Assembly (NCBI GenBank): GCA_964583975.1
Contig: CAZOXU010000005.1
Location: forward strand, 2,034 to 66,033
Length of the DNA: 64,000 nucleotides
Direction of reading: 5' to 3'
DNA from: an uncultured Planctomycetales bacterium
GTDB taxonomy: Bacteria; Omnitrophota; Gorgyraeia; Zapsychrales; Fredricksoniimonadaceae
Part shown: positions 9,318-18,988 of the stretch, piece after piece
Position numbering within the stretch: the first letter of the stretch is position 1
Layout of the letters: each line of letters starts with the position of its first letter
The notes under the pieces: generated by a model
Seen by the model: the letters and a program-made list of their open reading frames with translations, nothing else
The model's database searches: none
Told to the model about the DNA's origin: nothing
Position numbers and translations under genes: made by a program

Positions 9318-10159
9318 TAGGGAAACAATCTGGGTATTTGTTCGATGATATCACTGGCAATTAAAGAAGTTTTTGATCCTTGTCGAACGGCTAAATCCCC
9401 TGCCTTGCCATGGTCGTAAACACCCCACCGAGCTGCTTCGAAAGCTTCTATTCCCTGCGCCAAGAACGCAGCAATCATTCCTGTTAGAACATCACCGCTT
9501 CCTGCGGTGGCCATACCGACATTCCCGGTTGGATTGATGATAATTTTAGAAGGCGCTGCAATGATCGTATGGTGTCCTTTAAGGACAAGCACACAATGAT
9601 ACTGATGCGTAAATTCCCGAGCCACTGTCTTACGGTTTTCTTCAATATATTTAGCACTCTTGCCTATAAGTCGAGACATTTCTCCAACATGAGGAGTTAA
9701 TATCCGTGGCCCTTTAGCTTTAGCTAAACACCTGAGATTGGCAGCCAAGGTATTTAAGGCATCGGCATCAATGACCATCGGGCCAGGATAATGTTCTACT
9801 ATCTTATAAACAAAAGCACAGGTACTATGATTTAGCCCTAACCCAGGACCAAGAGCTATAGCATTAAATTTCGAATAGATTCTTTTTAAAACATCAAAAG
9901 CTTTAAGAGAAATGGTCCCCTGAGTCGTCTCTGGCAAGCTTACAGTCATTACAACATTAGAGATTTTCTTTTGTAGGGTAAGATTAAGGCTTCGAGCCAC
10001 GCCAGCACTCACCATGCCTGCCCCGCAACGCATTGCAGATAAAGAACACAAGGCTGCAGCACCGAGCATATTGGGTGAACCAGCTATGACCAAAACATGG
10101 CCAAAGTCTTTTTTATTTAAACGAGGATTACGGCGTGACAATACAGAAGGCCGTGGCAT
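9317..10159 (-). CDS. nnrD: NAD(P)H-hydrate dehydratase (YjeF C-terminal carbohydrate-kinase domain)
   Basis: 280 aa with HVLVIAGSPNMLGAAALC and GSGDVLTGMIAAFLAQG, the typical YjeF-C motifs. Confidence 0.8.
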   Translation of the reverse strand: MPRPSVLSRRNPRLNKKDFGHVLVIAGSPNMLGAAALCSLSAMRCGAGMVSAGVARSLNLTLQKKISNVVMTVSLPETTQGTISLKAFDVLKRIYSKFNAIALGPGLGLNHSTCAFVYKIVEHYPGPMVIDADALNTLAANLRCLAKAKGPRILTPHVGEMSRLIGKSAKYIEENRKTVAREFTHQYHCVLVLKGHHTIIAAPSKIIINPTGNVGMATAGSGDVLTGMIAAFLAQGIEAFEAARWGVYDHGKAGDLAVRQGSKTSLIASDIIEQIPRLFP

Positions 10160-10475
10160 AGTCTTTAGAATGGGAAATGGAAATTAAAATTTGATTTTTA
10201 AAACTCTTGAGTCGGTGTCGGCAAACTGGTTTGCCATGTTTGTCATTTACAATACTCACATCCTGAAATGACAATTTAGGATCACCCACTGCTTTAAAAA
10301 TAGCCTCTTTGGCAGCAAAGCGCCCTGCGTAATGGGCAAACGGATAACGATAACGCTTGGCATTGAGAATCTCTTCGCGGGTCAGAATGTGCTTTAAGAA
10401 ATCTTCACCCCAACGCTCAACCGCTTTTTTAATGCGATCAATTTCAACAATATCCGTACCAATGCCTAGAATCAT
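10128..10475 (-). CDS. acpS: Holo-[acyl-carrier-protein] synthase
   Basis: 115 aa starting MILGIGTDIVEIDRIKKA, the canonical AcpS N-terminus. It overlaps both pdxJ and nnrD. Confidence 0.85.
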   Translation of the reverse strand: MILGIGTDIVEIDRIKKAVERWGEDFLKHILTREEILNAKRYRYPFAHYAGRFAAKEAIFKAVGDPKLSFQDVSIVNDKHGKPVCRHRLKSFKNQILISISHSKDYATAFCIVTP

Positions 10476-11197
10476 CGCTTAATAAGTCCTAACATTTCTC
10501 TGACAGCCTGCTTTAAACCTACAAATACTGCTCTGGAAATAATCGAATGACCTATATTTAATTCCTGCATTCCAGGGATGGCAGCAATCTTCGAAACATT
10601 GTGATAATTCAATCCATGTCCTGCATGAACGATCAATCCCAATTTTTGAGCATAGGCAGCCATGGTCTTCATTCGAACTAGCTCTTTGGCGTCTCTACGA
10701 TTCTCAAAAGCTTTGGCATACGCACCTGTATGTAATTCAATCATCGGCACGCCAAGGCCTTTGGCTGCATCAATCTGGCGTTTATCGGGTGCAATAAAAA
10801 GACTGACATCAATACCCTTATTTTGGAAACCATCACACACAGGGCCTAATTGTCTGCGCAAAGCCACCACATCCAAGCCACCTTCGGTGGTGATTTCCTG
10901 ACGTCTTTCGGGTACCAAGGTCACCTGGTCTGGCTTGACCCCTAAAGCCACCTTAACCACATCCTTAGCGATCGACATTTCTAAATTAAATCTGGTTTTG
11001 ACGGATTTGCGAAGCATAACCACATCCACATCTTGAATATGGCGACGATCTTCTCTTAAATGAGCGACTATGCTATGAACCTTCTGTTGTTCGCAAATAC
11101 GAGCTGCAAGGATGGGATCTGGATCGGTTTCTCTTCGAGCTTGACGCAAAGTTGCTACATGATCTATGTTAACTCCGAGCTTAGGCATCTTATCCAT
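10472..11197 (-). CDS. pdxJ: Pyridoxine 5'-phosphate synthase
   Basis: 241 aa starting MPKLGVNIDHVATLRQARR and carrying HLREDRRHIQDVD; PdxJ is unmistakable. Confidence 0.9.
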   Translation of the reverse strand: MDKMPKLGVNIDHVATLRQARRETDPDPILAARICEQQKVHSIVAHLREDRRHIQDVDVVMLRKSVKTRFNLEMSIAKDVVKVALGVKPDQVTLVPERRQEITTEGGLDVVALRRQLGPVCDGFQNKGIDVSLFIAPDKRQIDAAKGLGVPMIELHTGAYAKAFENRRDAKELVRMKTMAAYAQKLGLIVHAGHGLNYHNVSKIAAIPGMQELNIGHSIISRAVFVGLKQAVREMLGLIKR

Positions 11198-11282
11198 TCT
11201 TGACGTATAACCATGTAATCACAGCCAGCGCCAGAGCAACCAATTTATAAAGCAAATTAGAGTTAAACCATGTTTTCATATG

Positions 11283-12050
11283 TTATGCTTTCGCAGATGG
11301 ATTAAAGAATTCTTCCAGTAAGGTCACAAAATGTTTCTGGTCCTCAATCTTGATTAAGCGACCTTCAAAAACAATACTGATATCAGAAGTTTCCTCCGAA
11401 ACCAAGGCAATCACTGCATCGGTATGTTCACTTAAGCCCAAGGCTGCACGATGTCTTGTGCCAACCGTTTTACTCACTGTTGGATTTTCAGAAAGTGGGA
11501 ACAAACAAGATGAGGCTGCTATGCGTTCACCCCGCACAACTACCCCCCCATCATGTAAAGGAGACTGGATCATAAAAATACTCTGTAAAAGTGCTGAAGA
11601 AATCTTTGAATCAAGGGGTACGCCACTTTCAATATACATGTTTAATTTCATTTCACGTTCGATAGCAATCAAACAGCCAGTCTTACGGCTAGAAAGCTTA
11701 AAGACGGCATCAGCAATCTCATCAATCAAAGCTTTTAATTCAATCTCTCCTAAAGAAACGCTAAACAAATGTTGTTGTCCCAGCCGAGCTAGCCCAGAAC
11801 GTAATTCATGCTGAAAGATAACTACAATGACAATAATCCAAATCGAAAAGAAATTTCTTAAAAGCCAATTAAGGACTTGAAAATCAAAAATCTGCGACAA
11901 TAAAAGGGCAATAATTAAATAAGCAATCCCCTTAAGCACCTGAAAAGCACGTGTTCCTTGAAAGAATAATAAAATACGGTAGAAAACAAACCAAAGGATG
12001 GCAATTTCAAGAACAGGTTTAACAAATTCTATAAAAGGGAGATTCGACAT
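11283..12050 (-). CDS. cdaA: Diadenylate cyclase (c-di-AMP synthase, DAC domain) with N-terminal TM helices
   Basis: 255 aa. It has 2-3 N-terminal TM helices followed by a DAC domain containing HDGGVVVRGERIAAS and GTRHRAALGLSEHTDAVIALVSEETSDISIV (the DGA and TRHRAA motifs). Confidence 0.8.
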   Translation of the reverse strand: MSNLPFIEFVKPVLEIAILWFVFYRILLFFQGTRAFQVLKGIAYLIIALLLSQIFDFQVLNWLLRNFFSIWIIVIVVIFQHELRSGLARLGQQHLFSVSLGEIELKALIDEIADAVFKLSSRKTGCLIAIEREMKLNMYIESGVPLDSKISSALLQSIFMIQSPLHDGGVVVRGERIAASSCLFPLSENPTVSKTVGTRHRAALGLSEHTDAVIALVSEETSDISIVFEGRLIKIEDQKHFVTLLEEFFNPSAKA

Positions 12051-12069
12051 ATGGCCAATTGTAGCGCGA

Positions 12070-12777
12070 CTATGGATTTTTTTCTAGAAAATTAGTCATA
12101 TCTTTAGCTAATAAAGCTTTAACATTTATCATTTTTCCTGTCACAGGATGTGGCCAACTTAATTCTTGAGCATGTAGCGCTGTTCGTTTAAACCTTAAAG
12201 CAAAGTCTTTACGAAAAGCGTACTTATCTTCCCCCACCAAGGGATGACCTATCTTGGCCAAATGAATACGAATCTGATTTGTACGACCGGTAATAGGATT
12301 AACTTCTAGAATACTGAATTCTTTACGCCCTTCTAGGACCTTATATAGAGTCAAGGCTGACAGTGCTGGGATATTTTTCTGAAATTTCTTTTGGTGAAAA
12401 TCTTTAATTGGCAAACTAATTTTCCCCTGAGATTCTTTAAGCCTGCCATGAACAAAGGCTATGTAGGTTTTCTTAACCTTCTTGGCTTTAAAAGCATCCA
12501 TCAAAATCTGCTGATTGTCCTTACCCTTGGCGAATAAAATCACTCCAGAGGTATCTCGATCCAGACGATGCGCGGGAAACAACTTAAGCCCACTCTTGCT
12601 TTGCTGATTAACAATAGACACAACAGTCCATTGTTCATTTTTATCGGTAGGAATGACTAAAAGACCTGCTGGCTTATAAAACGCCACACAATCTTTATCT
12701 TCATATAAAACTTCGATGGTTCGACTAGGCTCACCTTGAGCGCTAGTTGTTACATCTCTACCTGGGTGAGGATCCAT
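12070..12777 (-). CDS. RluA-family pseudouridine synthase
   Basis: 235 aa with the catalytic motif HRLDRDTSGVILFAK. Confidence 0.85.
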   Translation of the reverse strand: MDPHPGRDVTTSAQGEPSRTIEVLYEDKDCVAFYKPAGLLVIPTDKNEQWTVVSIVNQQSKSGLKLFPAHRLDRDTSGVILFAKGKDNQQILMDAFKAKKVKKTYIAFVHGRLKESQGKISLPIKDFHQKKFQKNIPALSALTLYKVLEGRKEFSILEVNPITGRTNQIRIHLAKIGHPLVGEDKYAFRKDFALRFKRTALHAQELSWPHPVTGKMINVKALLAKDMTNFLEKNP

Positions 12778-13144
12778 GCGATATTATTGTGTAATCCACA
12801 AATTCGTGAAGGATTTGACTATCTCGTGGAGAAATATCATTAAAAAAGATGGCTGTCTGAAAAGCATCTTGGTCAACTGCAGCCTCTGAACGAACCACTA
12901 CCCCTTCGCAGCTGATACGCTTATTAACCACCTTATTATTACGTTTAATAGGTACCAGAAAATGAAGTTTGAGCTTAGTCATCGGCGTAATAAATTTGCT
13001 AACCAAACACAAGGCTCCCGAACCACTGAGGTTTTTTGTCTCAGTCACAATATCTACATCATTACTCGAAATCTTAAGAGCTATGGGATGTTCAAGACGC
13101 GGAGCTCTGCGTCTTTCCGAAGCTTTTGATCCATGTGATGACAT
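12758..13144 (-). CDS. PilZ-domain protein (putative c-di-GMP receptor)
   Basis: 128 aa. RRRAPRL fits RxxxR and NLSGSGALC fits (D/N)xSxxG, the two PilZ signatures, in the correct order and spacing. Confidence 0.6.
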   Translation of the reverse strand: MSSHGSKASERRRAPRLEHPIALKISSNDVDIVTETKNLSGSGALCLVSKFITPMTKLKLHFLVPIKRNNKVVNKRISCEGVVVRSEAAVDQDAFQTAIFFNDISPRDSQILHEFVDYTIISHGSSPR

Positions 13145-13149
13145 GATTC

Positions 13150-13344
13150 TTACCCTTTGTTTTCTTCAGAAGAGGCTTTAGCAGCTTTAGCTGCAGCGTT
13201 AGCTTTCTTAAAACAATTGTTATTGCAATAATACGAACCGTTACGATAAAAACGTCTGGACCTCTTAAGAGGTTTCTTACAGGAAGGACAATTCTTGATT
13301 TCTTCAACTACGGGTGCCTGTGGGGTTGCTGTTTCTTTTGCCAT
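13150..13344 (-). CDS. Small Cys4 zinc-ribbon protein with Lys/Ala-rich tail
   Basis: About 64 aa from the internal start MAKETATPQ. It has CPSCKK and, 19 residues later, CNNNC, followed by a KKANAAAKAAKASSEE tail. It sits between the two PilZ genes. Confidence 0.4.
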   Translation of the reverse strand: MAKETATPQAPVVEEIKNCPSCKKPLKRSRRFYRNGSYYCNNNCFKKANAAAKAAKASSEENKG

Positions 13345-13403
13345 AAAACGTAATACTCCTTTCAAACATTAATAAAATAAAACATTAAAATGTGTTGGGA
13401 AAT

Positions 13404-13745
13404 TTAAGTGTTTTCCAAACGCAGAAATTTAATATAATTCTCTAATTCTGAAGAAAGAGTGCCGTCATCTATTAATTGCAGACCCACCTGCCAAGCTTCA
13501 AGGCGTTGGGCATGTTCTCTAATCCAGACAACCTTAGCAGTCATAAAAGCCATTTGAACCTGACCCGGCAGATGAACTTGTAGCTCAAGAGTGGTATTAA
13601 CTGGGATAAACTCATTAACATTGAGCTTTAATCCCATACGGCTTATATCTTCAGACAAAGAACCTACAAGGGGCATTTCTTCACTTTTCTGATATCCTAC
13701 AGACTCAGAAAATGGAAACCGTTGATGCTGTCTTTTATCGTTCAT
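13404..13745 (-). CDS. PilZ-domain protein (putative c-di-GMP receptor)
   Basis: 113 aa. RQHQRFPF fits RxxxR and SEDISRMGLKL fits DxSxxG. An own promoter-like TATAGT box and an SD (aagggga) lie upstream. Confidence 0.6.
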   Translation of the reverse strand: MNDKRQHQRFPFSESVGYQKSEEMPLVGSLSEDISRMGLKLNVNEFIPVNTTLELQVHLPGQVQMAFMTAKVVWIREHAQRLEAWQVGLQLIDDGTLSSELENYIKFLRLENT

Positions 13746-13913
13746 TGAAGTCCCCTTGATCTTAATTTCTATAAATACTATACCATATGATCCGAGGAAC
13801 TGACAATAAATAAACTTCTAAAAGGACGAACCCTGCCAGGCCTTTTCAGACCCAGCAGGGCCGTTTGTGGATGCCACCCTGCCCCATTTTCAGAGTGGCT
13901 GAGGGATCTCTTT

Positions 13914-14574
13914 TTAATGCTTGAGCAGCTTATTTAAATAATGAGAAGCATGCTCACGTCCGCCTATACCAAAGGCTAAACCTAAGGCCAAGGCTAAAGC
14001 AGCAACCATCAAGGTTAAAGCTGTTCCAGTAAACAAGAAGCCAAGACCAATCTTATCTACGAAAGAGATAAAGGCCGTGGCTACTACAGCCCATTTACTG
14101 AAAGTAGCAATTAAGTCAGGCTGAGGCATGTTGCAATTAGCAGCTACCATGCGCACAAAGACGCCAATGATGTGTGCCAAGATAATACCGACAGTCAAGG
14201 CTACCGCAGCTGTGGTAACAGTGGGTATATAACCTGTGAGATGATCGGTCATCCCAAGCACATTGATGCCTGTAATGCCTAAGGCGATTACAAAGGTTGT
14301 GATCATAAGAACCCAACTAATCACACAACCTACAGCATCAGAGATGGAGCGTCTAACTCCGCCTGTGACTAAAACGCGATCTAAACCAACCGTGTGGCTT
14401 AATTTGTCTGCGTGAATGTCCTTGAGGGCACCAGCCACCAGCTTCCCTAAGCTGCGAGACAATAAGGTACCAATCACCAAGACAGCCAACACTGCAACGG
14501 TTATGGGGATATAGCTATACACTAGTCCTACTACTGCTTTGAGTGGATCCAAGATGAAGTTAAGAGTATTCATA
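13914..14574 (-). CDS. Integral membrane protein of unknown function
   Basis: The track ORF begins at 14660, but the internal ATG at 14572-14574 is preceded by a perfect SD (aaaggaggg, 5 nt spacer) and gives MNTLNFILDPLK.... It has about 6 TM helices and is Gly/Ala/Val-rich. Confidence 0.6.
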
Positions 14575-14715
14575 TGGACCCTCCTTTCCGTTCCGACAGT
14601 TTTGTCTGCGGAACTCGAAGGCCCTGAAGGACCTTCTAATGCAAGGATAGCACCTGTCAAGTCAAAATCAAGACCTCCAGCCCTATTTTGAGAAAACGGT
14701 TTCTTAAGGCTATAA

Positions 14716-14756
14716 TAAAAACCCCCGTCGATACATCTGACAGGGGCTTTATTTAT
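14716..14756. terminator. Bidirectional rho-independent terminator downstream of the YceI-like gene
   Basis: aaaacccccgtcgatacatctgacaggggctttattt forms a GC stem (cccc/gggg plus gtc/gac) flanked by an A-run on one side and a T-run on the other. On the minus strand it reads gcccctgtcagatgtatcgacgggggtttttatt. Confidence 0.6.
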
Positions 14757-14775
14757 ATAATAATCTCAAATAAAA

Positions 14776-15357
14776 TTATTTATTAGCAACTTCTTGTTTA
14801 CCTGCTTCTGCACTAATATTAACTACTATATCATTAGACACAGCCAAGCCTCCTTGATCTAAAACCTTATTAAAGCTAATTCCATAATCTTGACGATTAA
14901 GAGTAAAGCTACCTGTAATACCAATAGCCATACCCATAGGAGTTTTAACCGGTCCAGCAATAGTAGCTGGGATGGTCACTTCCTTAGTGACACCTCTCAT
15001 AGTCAGGTCTCCTACAATTTCTGTAGGTGTGATTTTCTTGCTGACAAAGGTTATGGTTGGGAATTTGGCTGCATCAAAGAAATCAGCACTTCGTAAATGC
15101 TCATCTCTTTTTTCATTACGTGTATCAATACTACCAGTATCGATCGTTACATCGATTTTAGAATTGGCCAAATCTTTAGGATCATAGCTGATCTGTCCTT
15201 CAAATTTATTAAACTGTCCACTTACATTACTAATCATCATATGTTTAGCACTAAATCCTAATGTGGTATGTGAAGCATCAATTTTGTATGTATCTGCAGC
15301 CCACACGGATCCCAACAAACCAACTGTGAATAATAAACTTAAGAAAATCTTACGCAT
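14776..15357 (-). CDS. YceI-like periplasmic polyisoprenoid-binding protein
   Basis: 193 aa with a signal peptide MRKIFLSLLFTVGLLGSVWA, followed by DASHTTLGFSAKHMMISNVSGQFNKFEG, typical of the YceI family. Confidence 0.8.
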   Translation of the reverse strand: MRKIFLSLLFTVGLLGSVWAADTYKIDASHTTLGFSAKHMMISNVSGQFNKFEGQISYDPKDLANSKIDVTIDTGSIDTRNEKRDEHLRSADFFDAAKFPTITFVSKKITPTEIVGDLTMRGVTKEVTIPATIAGPVKTPMGMAIGITGSFTLNRQDYGISFNKVLDQGGLAVSNDIVVNISAEAGKQEVANK

Positions 15358-15407
15358 ACATCCTCCTTTTTATTCTTATAAACTGCGTTAGCACAATTGC
15401 TCACGAG

Positions 15408-16175
15408 TTAATTCTTAATTCCTATACCCTTTTTCAACAACCAAATATTAGTACACCAAAGCACTACCGTTAAAATAATCAAAAATATAGCGCTAAAAAT
15501 TACGCTAACATCAGAAAAGCCAAAAAATCCGTAACGAAAACCATCAACCATGTATAAAAGAGGATTTAACTTAGAAGCATGCTGCCAAAACTCAGGTAAT
15601 TTTAAAATTGAATAAAATACTCCCCCTAAATAAATAAGCGGAACGAGGATAAAGTTCTGAAAGATGGCCACCTCATCAAAATTTCTAGCAAAAATTCCAT
15701 TAATCATGCCTGCCAACGAAAAGACTGTGGCTGAAAGAAACATAAAAAGAAAAACTGTTCCAATTTGATAAACCGTTGGATGAGTAAAGAAACACGATAC
15801 CAAAAACACCAAGAATCCAACAGCCACCCCTCTGAGCACACCTGCAATGGTATAACCCGCTACCACAACCCATTCTTGCATGGGAGCAACGAGCATTTCC
15901 TCAATATTACGTTGAAATTTAGCACCAAAGAACGAACTGACGACATTACTGTAGGAACTATTAATCACCGCCATCATGACCAAACCTGGCACAATAAAAG
16001 ACATGTAACTGACTCCATTAATTGGGCCTACTTGTGATCCAATAAATTTCCCAAAAATAATAAAATAAAGACTCTGAGTCACCAAAGGCGGCAACAGCGT
16101 CTGTGTCCAAATCCTAAGGATCCGACTAATTTCTTTTCGAACTAATGTCTGTAAGGCAATCCATTGTTGTTTCAT
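15408..16175 (-). CDS. ABC-2 type transporter permease
   Basis: 255 aa with 6 TM helices. It overlaps the upstream ATPase gene by 4 nt. Confidence 0.8.
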   Translation of the reverse strand: MKQQWIALQTLVRKEISRILRIWTQTLLPPLVTQSLYFIIFGKFIGSQVGPINGVSYMSFIVPGLVMMAVINSSYSNVVSSFFGAKFQRNIEEMLVAPMQEWVVVAGYTIAGVLRGVAVGFLVFLVSCFFTHPTVYQIGTVFLFMFLSATVFSLAGMINGIFARNFDEVAIFQNFILVPLIYLGGVFYSILKLPEFWQHASKLNPLLYMVDGFRYGFFGFSDVSVIFSAIFLIILTVVLWCTNIWLLKKGIGIKN

Positions 16176-17086
16176 ATGAGTGACAAAAATAATTTCTCTA
16201 AACGTTGTTCTTTAGGATGGACCTCGGTAATATCAAAACCATTTTTAATAAGATTAATTAATAGATCGTTAAGTTGTGCATCGCGATTCAGATTAACCTC
16301 TAAAGTATGCTCATCAACAATTACAGGCTTATAAACAGCAATACCCTCTATCGCTTTCATTGTTTTTACGCTAATGACATAGGTTTCTTCTTGAATCAAT
16401 TTATTTAAATTCTTTACACTGTCCCTACGCACAATCTCACCATCTTTAATAATGGCCGCTTCACGACACATTTGCTGAACTTCTTCTAGATAATGAGTAG
16501 TCAAAAGAATCGTCACGCCCTGAGCATTCAATTCTCGCAAATAATCCCACATCCCTACACGCAACTGAACATCTACCCCTGCTGTTGGTTCATCAAGGAT
16601 TAATATCTTAGGCCTATGTACCAAGGCTCGGGCAATCATCAATCTTCTTTTCATACCTCCTGAAAGAGTACGAGACATACTATTGCGTTTCTCCCAAAGC
16701 CCTACCTTTTTTAAAACTTCTTCTGTGTTTTTTAAAGCTGTTTCCCGATCAATACCAAAGAATCCAGCTTGGATGGAAACAATATCTTCGACCTTTTCAA
16801 ACATATTAAAATTAAATTCTTGTGGCACAACTCCAATGAGCCGTTTGGCTTTATCAAATTCCTTATCGATATCGTGATCAAAAATTTTAATAGTTCCTGA
16901 AGTTTTATTAACTAAACCAATGAGAATACTAATAATCGTTGTCTTGCCTGCCCCATTAGCTCCTAATAAAGCAAAGAAATCTCCTTGAGCAACAGCTAAA
17001 TTAACCCCCTTAACAGCCTTGGTTCCTGTTTTGTAAGTTTTTACTAAATTTTTAATTTCTATCGCAAGCATCGATACTATTTCCAC
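16172..17086 (-). CDS. ABC transporter ATP-binding protein
   Basis: Walker A GANGAGKTT, signature LSGGMKRRL and Walker B ILILDEPT are all present. Confidence 0.9.
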   Translation of the reverse strand: MEIVSMLAIEIKNLVKTYKTGTKAVKGVNLAVAQGDFFALLGANGAGKTTIISILIGLVNKTSGTIKIFDHDIDKEFDKAKRLIGVVPQEFNFNMFEKVEDIVSIQAGFFGIDRETALKNTEEVLKKVGLWEKRNSMSRTLSGGMKRRLMIARALVHRPKILILDEPTAGVDVQLRVGMWDYLRELNAQGVTILLTTHYLEEVQQMCREAAIIKDGEIVRRDSVKNLNKLIQEETYVISVKTMKAIEGIAVYKPVIVDEHTLEVNLNRDAQLNDLLINLIKNGFDITEVHPKEQRLEKLFLSLI

Positions 17087-17095
17087 TTAAATTAA

Positions 17096-17875
17096 CTATC
17101 TACTTTTTATAACAATAACTTCTTCAATCTGTGCCAAATCAACGACGGGATCAACAAAACATTCAGCTGTATGGCTATTTTCGCTAGCCCTAACATCTTG
17201 AACCTGACCAATCAATATTCCTTCTGGAAAAACCGAAGATAATTTTGAAGTAATGACAAGATCCCCCACCTTCACATCAGCCTTATCTGTCAAATAATCT
17301 AACCGGCATATTCCTTCTAAAGATCCTGTTAAAAGACCACTTTCACGGGTTCTTTGCACAATAGCAGCTACACTAAAACTAGGATCCGAAACTAAAATAA
17401 CCTTGGCAGTCTTATTACCAACTTCAAAAATCCTTCCTACAACTCCTAAGATAGAAACTACCGGCATCCCAACCCGCAATCCATCTTTTTGCCCTTTATT
17501 AATAATTAAGGAGGCATTCCAATTGGAAGGGTCCCGTCCAATCACATGAGCTACTATAGAAACATAGCTTTGAGTACGACGGAATTCAGATATTTTCCCA
17601 TATTGTTTATCTTGTTCAACTGTTTCTTGTAAATAAACGATGCGGGCTTTAAGAGCCTGTACTTGCTTATTTAACTTGAAATATTCGTCATAGGTTTCTC
17701 GATAAAAAAATAGTTTCTTAAATTCTAAAATAGGCGCCTCAAACCACTGAATGGGCTTAGCAGTTAAATCTAATAAAAAAGTCGGCCTGGATTGCTTAGG
17801 ATGTAAAAAAAGAATCAAAAGCGGAACGGCGAGAATAGCAATATAAATGATGTTTTTGGCGTATTTACGAAACAC
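17096..17875 (-). CDS. mreC: Rod shape-determining protein MreC
   Basis: 259 aa with an N-terminal TM helix, a coiled-coil, and a C-terminal beta domain (GDLVITSKLSSVFPEGILIGQV). It lies directly downstream of mreB. Confidence 0.8.
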   Translation of the reverse strand: MFRKYAKNIIYIAILAVPLLILFLHPKQSRPTFLLDLTAKPIQWFEAPILEFKKLFFYRETYDEYFKLNKQVQALKARIVYLQETVEQDKQYGKISEFRRTQSYVSIVAHVIGRDPSNWNASLIINKGQKDGLRVGMPVVSILGVVGRIFEVGNKTAKVILVSDPSFSVAAIVQRTRESGLLTGSLEGICRLDYLTDKADVKVGDLVITSKLSSVFPEGILIGQVQDVRASENSHTAECFVDPVVDLAQIEEVIVIKSR

Positions 17876-17887
17876 ATTAGTCTTTTA

Positions 17888-18961
17888 TTAGAAGTCTAAT
17901 TTAGTATGTTGAGTGAAACGTCGACGCATGGCAGGACTCATGTTGAGCGTCTCTCCGGTTCCATTAACGACCGCTGTTAAAGGATCATCAGCCACATGCA
18001 CAGGCAATCCAGTTTCTTCAGCAATACGTTTATCTAGACCACGAAGTAATGAACCTCCACCTGCCATCACAATGCCACGGTCAATTAAATCGGCGGCTAG
18101 TTCTGGAGGCGTATGTTCCAAGGTTGATTTAGATGCATCCACAATCGCCTGGACAGGATCAGCTAAAGCTTCACGAATTTCCACAGAACTGATATTAATC
18201 GTCTTAGGAAGACCAGCAATCAGATCACGTCCACGAACATCCATATTTAATTCTTCATCCAACGGATACGCAGAACCCAAACGGATTTTGATTTCTTCAG
18301 CTGTACGTTCACCAATCATCAAATTATAAGTTTTACGTAAATATTCAATAATGGCCATATCCATCTCATCACCAGCAATACGAATGGATTTGGCATACAC
18401 TAGACCACCTAAAGAAATGACAGCAAATTCAGTAGTACCACCACCGATATCAATGATCATATTACCTGCAGGTTCATGTACTGGAAGCCCGACTCCAATA
18501 GCTGCAGCCTTAGGCTCTTCAATTAAAATAACATGCCTAGCTCCAGCATGTTCTGCAGAATCAATAACAGCTCTTTTTTCAACTTCAGTAATTCCTGAAG
18601 GAATTGCAATAACAATAGTTGGACGAAATGAAAATTTACTAGGTTGGACTTTTTGGATGAAATACTTAAGCATGGCTTCAGTGACTTCAAAATCTGAGAT
18701 AACGCCATCTTTCATTGGACGGATCGCCACAATGCTTCCTGGGGTACGACCCAACATGCGTTTGGCTTCTTCACCTACAGCCACCACACGGTTTGTATCT
18801 TTTTCAATAGCTACTACAGAAGGCTCACACAAAACAACCCCTTCACCCTTAACGTATACCAGGGTTGTTGCTGTTCCTAAATCGATACCCATGTCTTTGG
18901 AGAATAAACCTGAAATGTAGTCGGAAATTTTTTCGGAAAATTTCTTTATCTGGTTAATCAT
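17888..18961 (-). CDS. mreB: Rod shape-determining actin homologue MreB
   Basis: The track ORF starts at 18988. The likelier start is [37 protein letters not shown] at 18961, and the rest matches the MreB actin fold motifs. Confidence 0.9.
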   Translation of the reverse strand: MINQIKKFSEKISDYISGLFSKDMGIDLGTATTLVYVKGEGVVLCEPSVVAIEKDTNRVVAVGEEAKRMLGRTPGSIVAIRPMKDGVISDFEVTEAMLKYFIQKVQPSKFSFRPTIVIAIPSGITEVEKRAVIDSAEHAGARHVILIEEPKAAAIGVGLPVHEPAGNMIIDIGGGTTEFAVISLGGLVYAKSIRIAGDEMDMAIIEYLRKTYNLMIGERTAEEIKIRLGSAYPLDEELNMDVRGRDLIAGLPKTINISSVEIREALADPVQAIVDASKSTLEHTPPELAADLIDRGIVMAGGGSLLRGLDKRIAEETGLPVHVADDPLTAVVNGTGETLNMSPAMRRRFTQHTKLDF

Positions 18962-18988
18962 AATAGCCCACATATTAACCAAAAGCAT

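Noticed and set aside
11350-11814. 154-aa + strand ORF
   Set aside because: It is antisense to the DAC domain of cdaA, which carries the GTRHRAA motif. It is spurious.
17913-18920. Long antisense ORFs (138 aa and 189 aa, + strand) inside mreB
   Set aside because: They are opposite a clearly conserved mreB, and their Ser/Pro/Ala-rich low-complexity translations are typical of antisense frames. No start-site signals are present.
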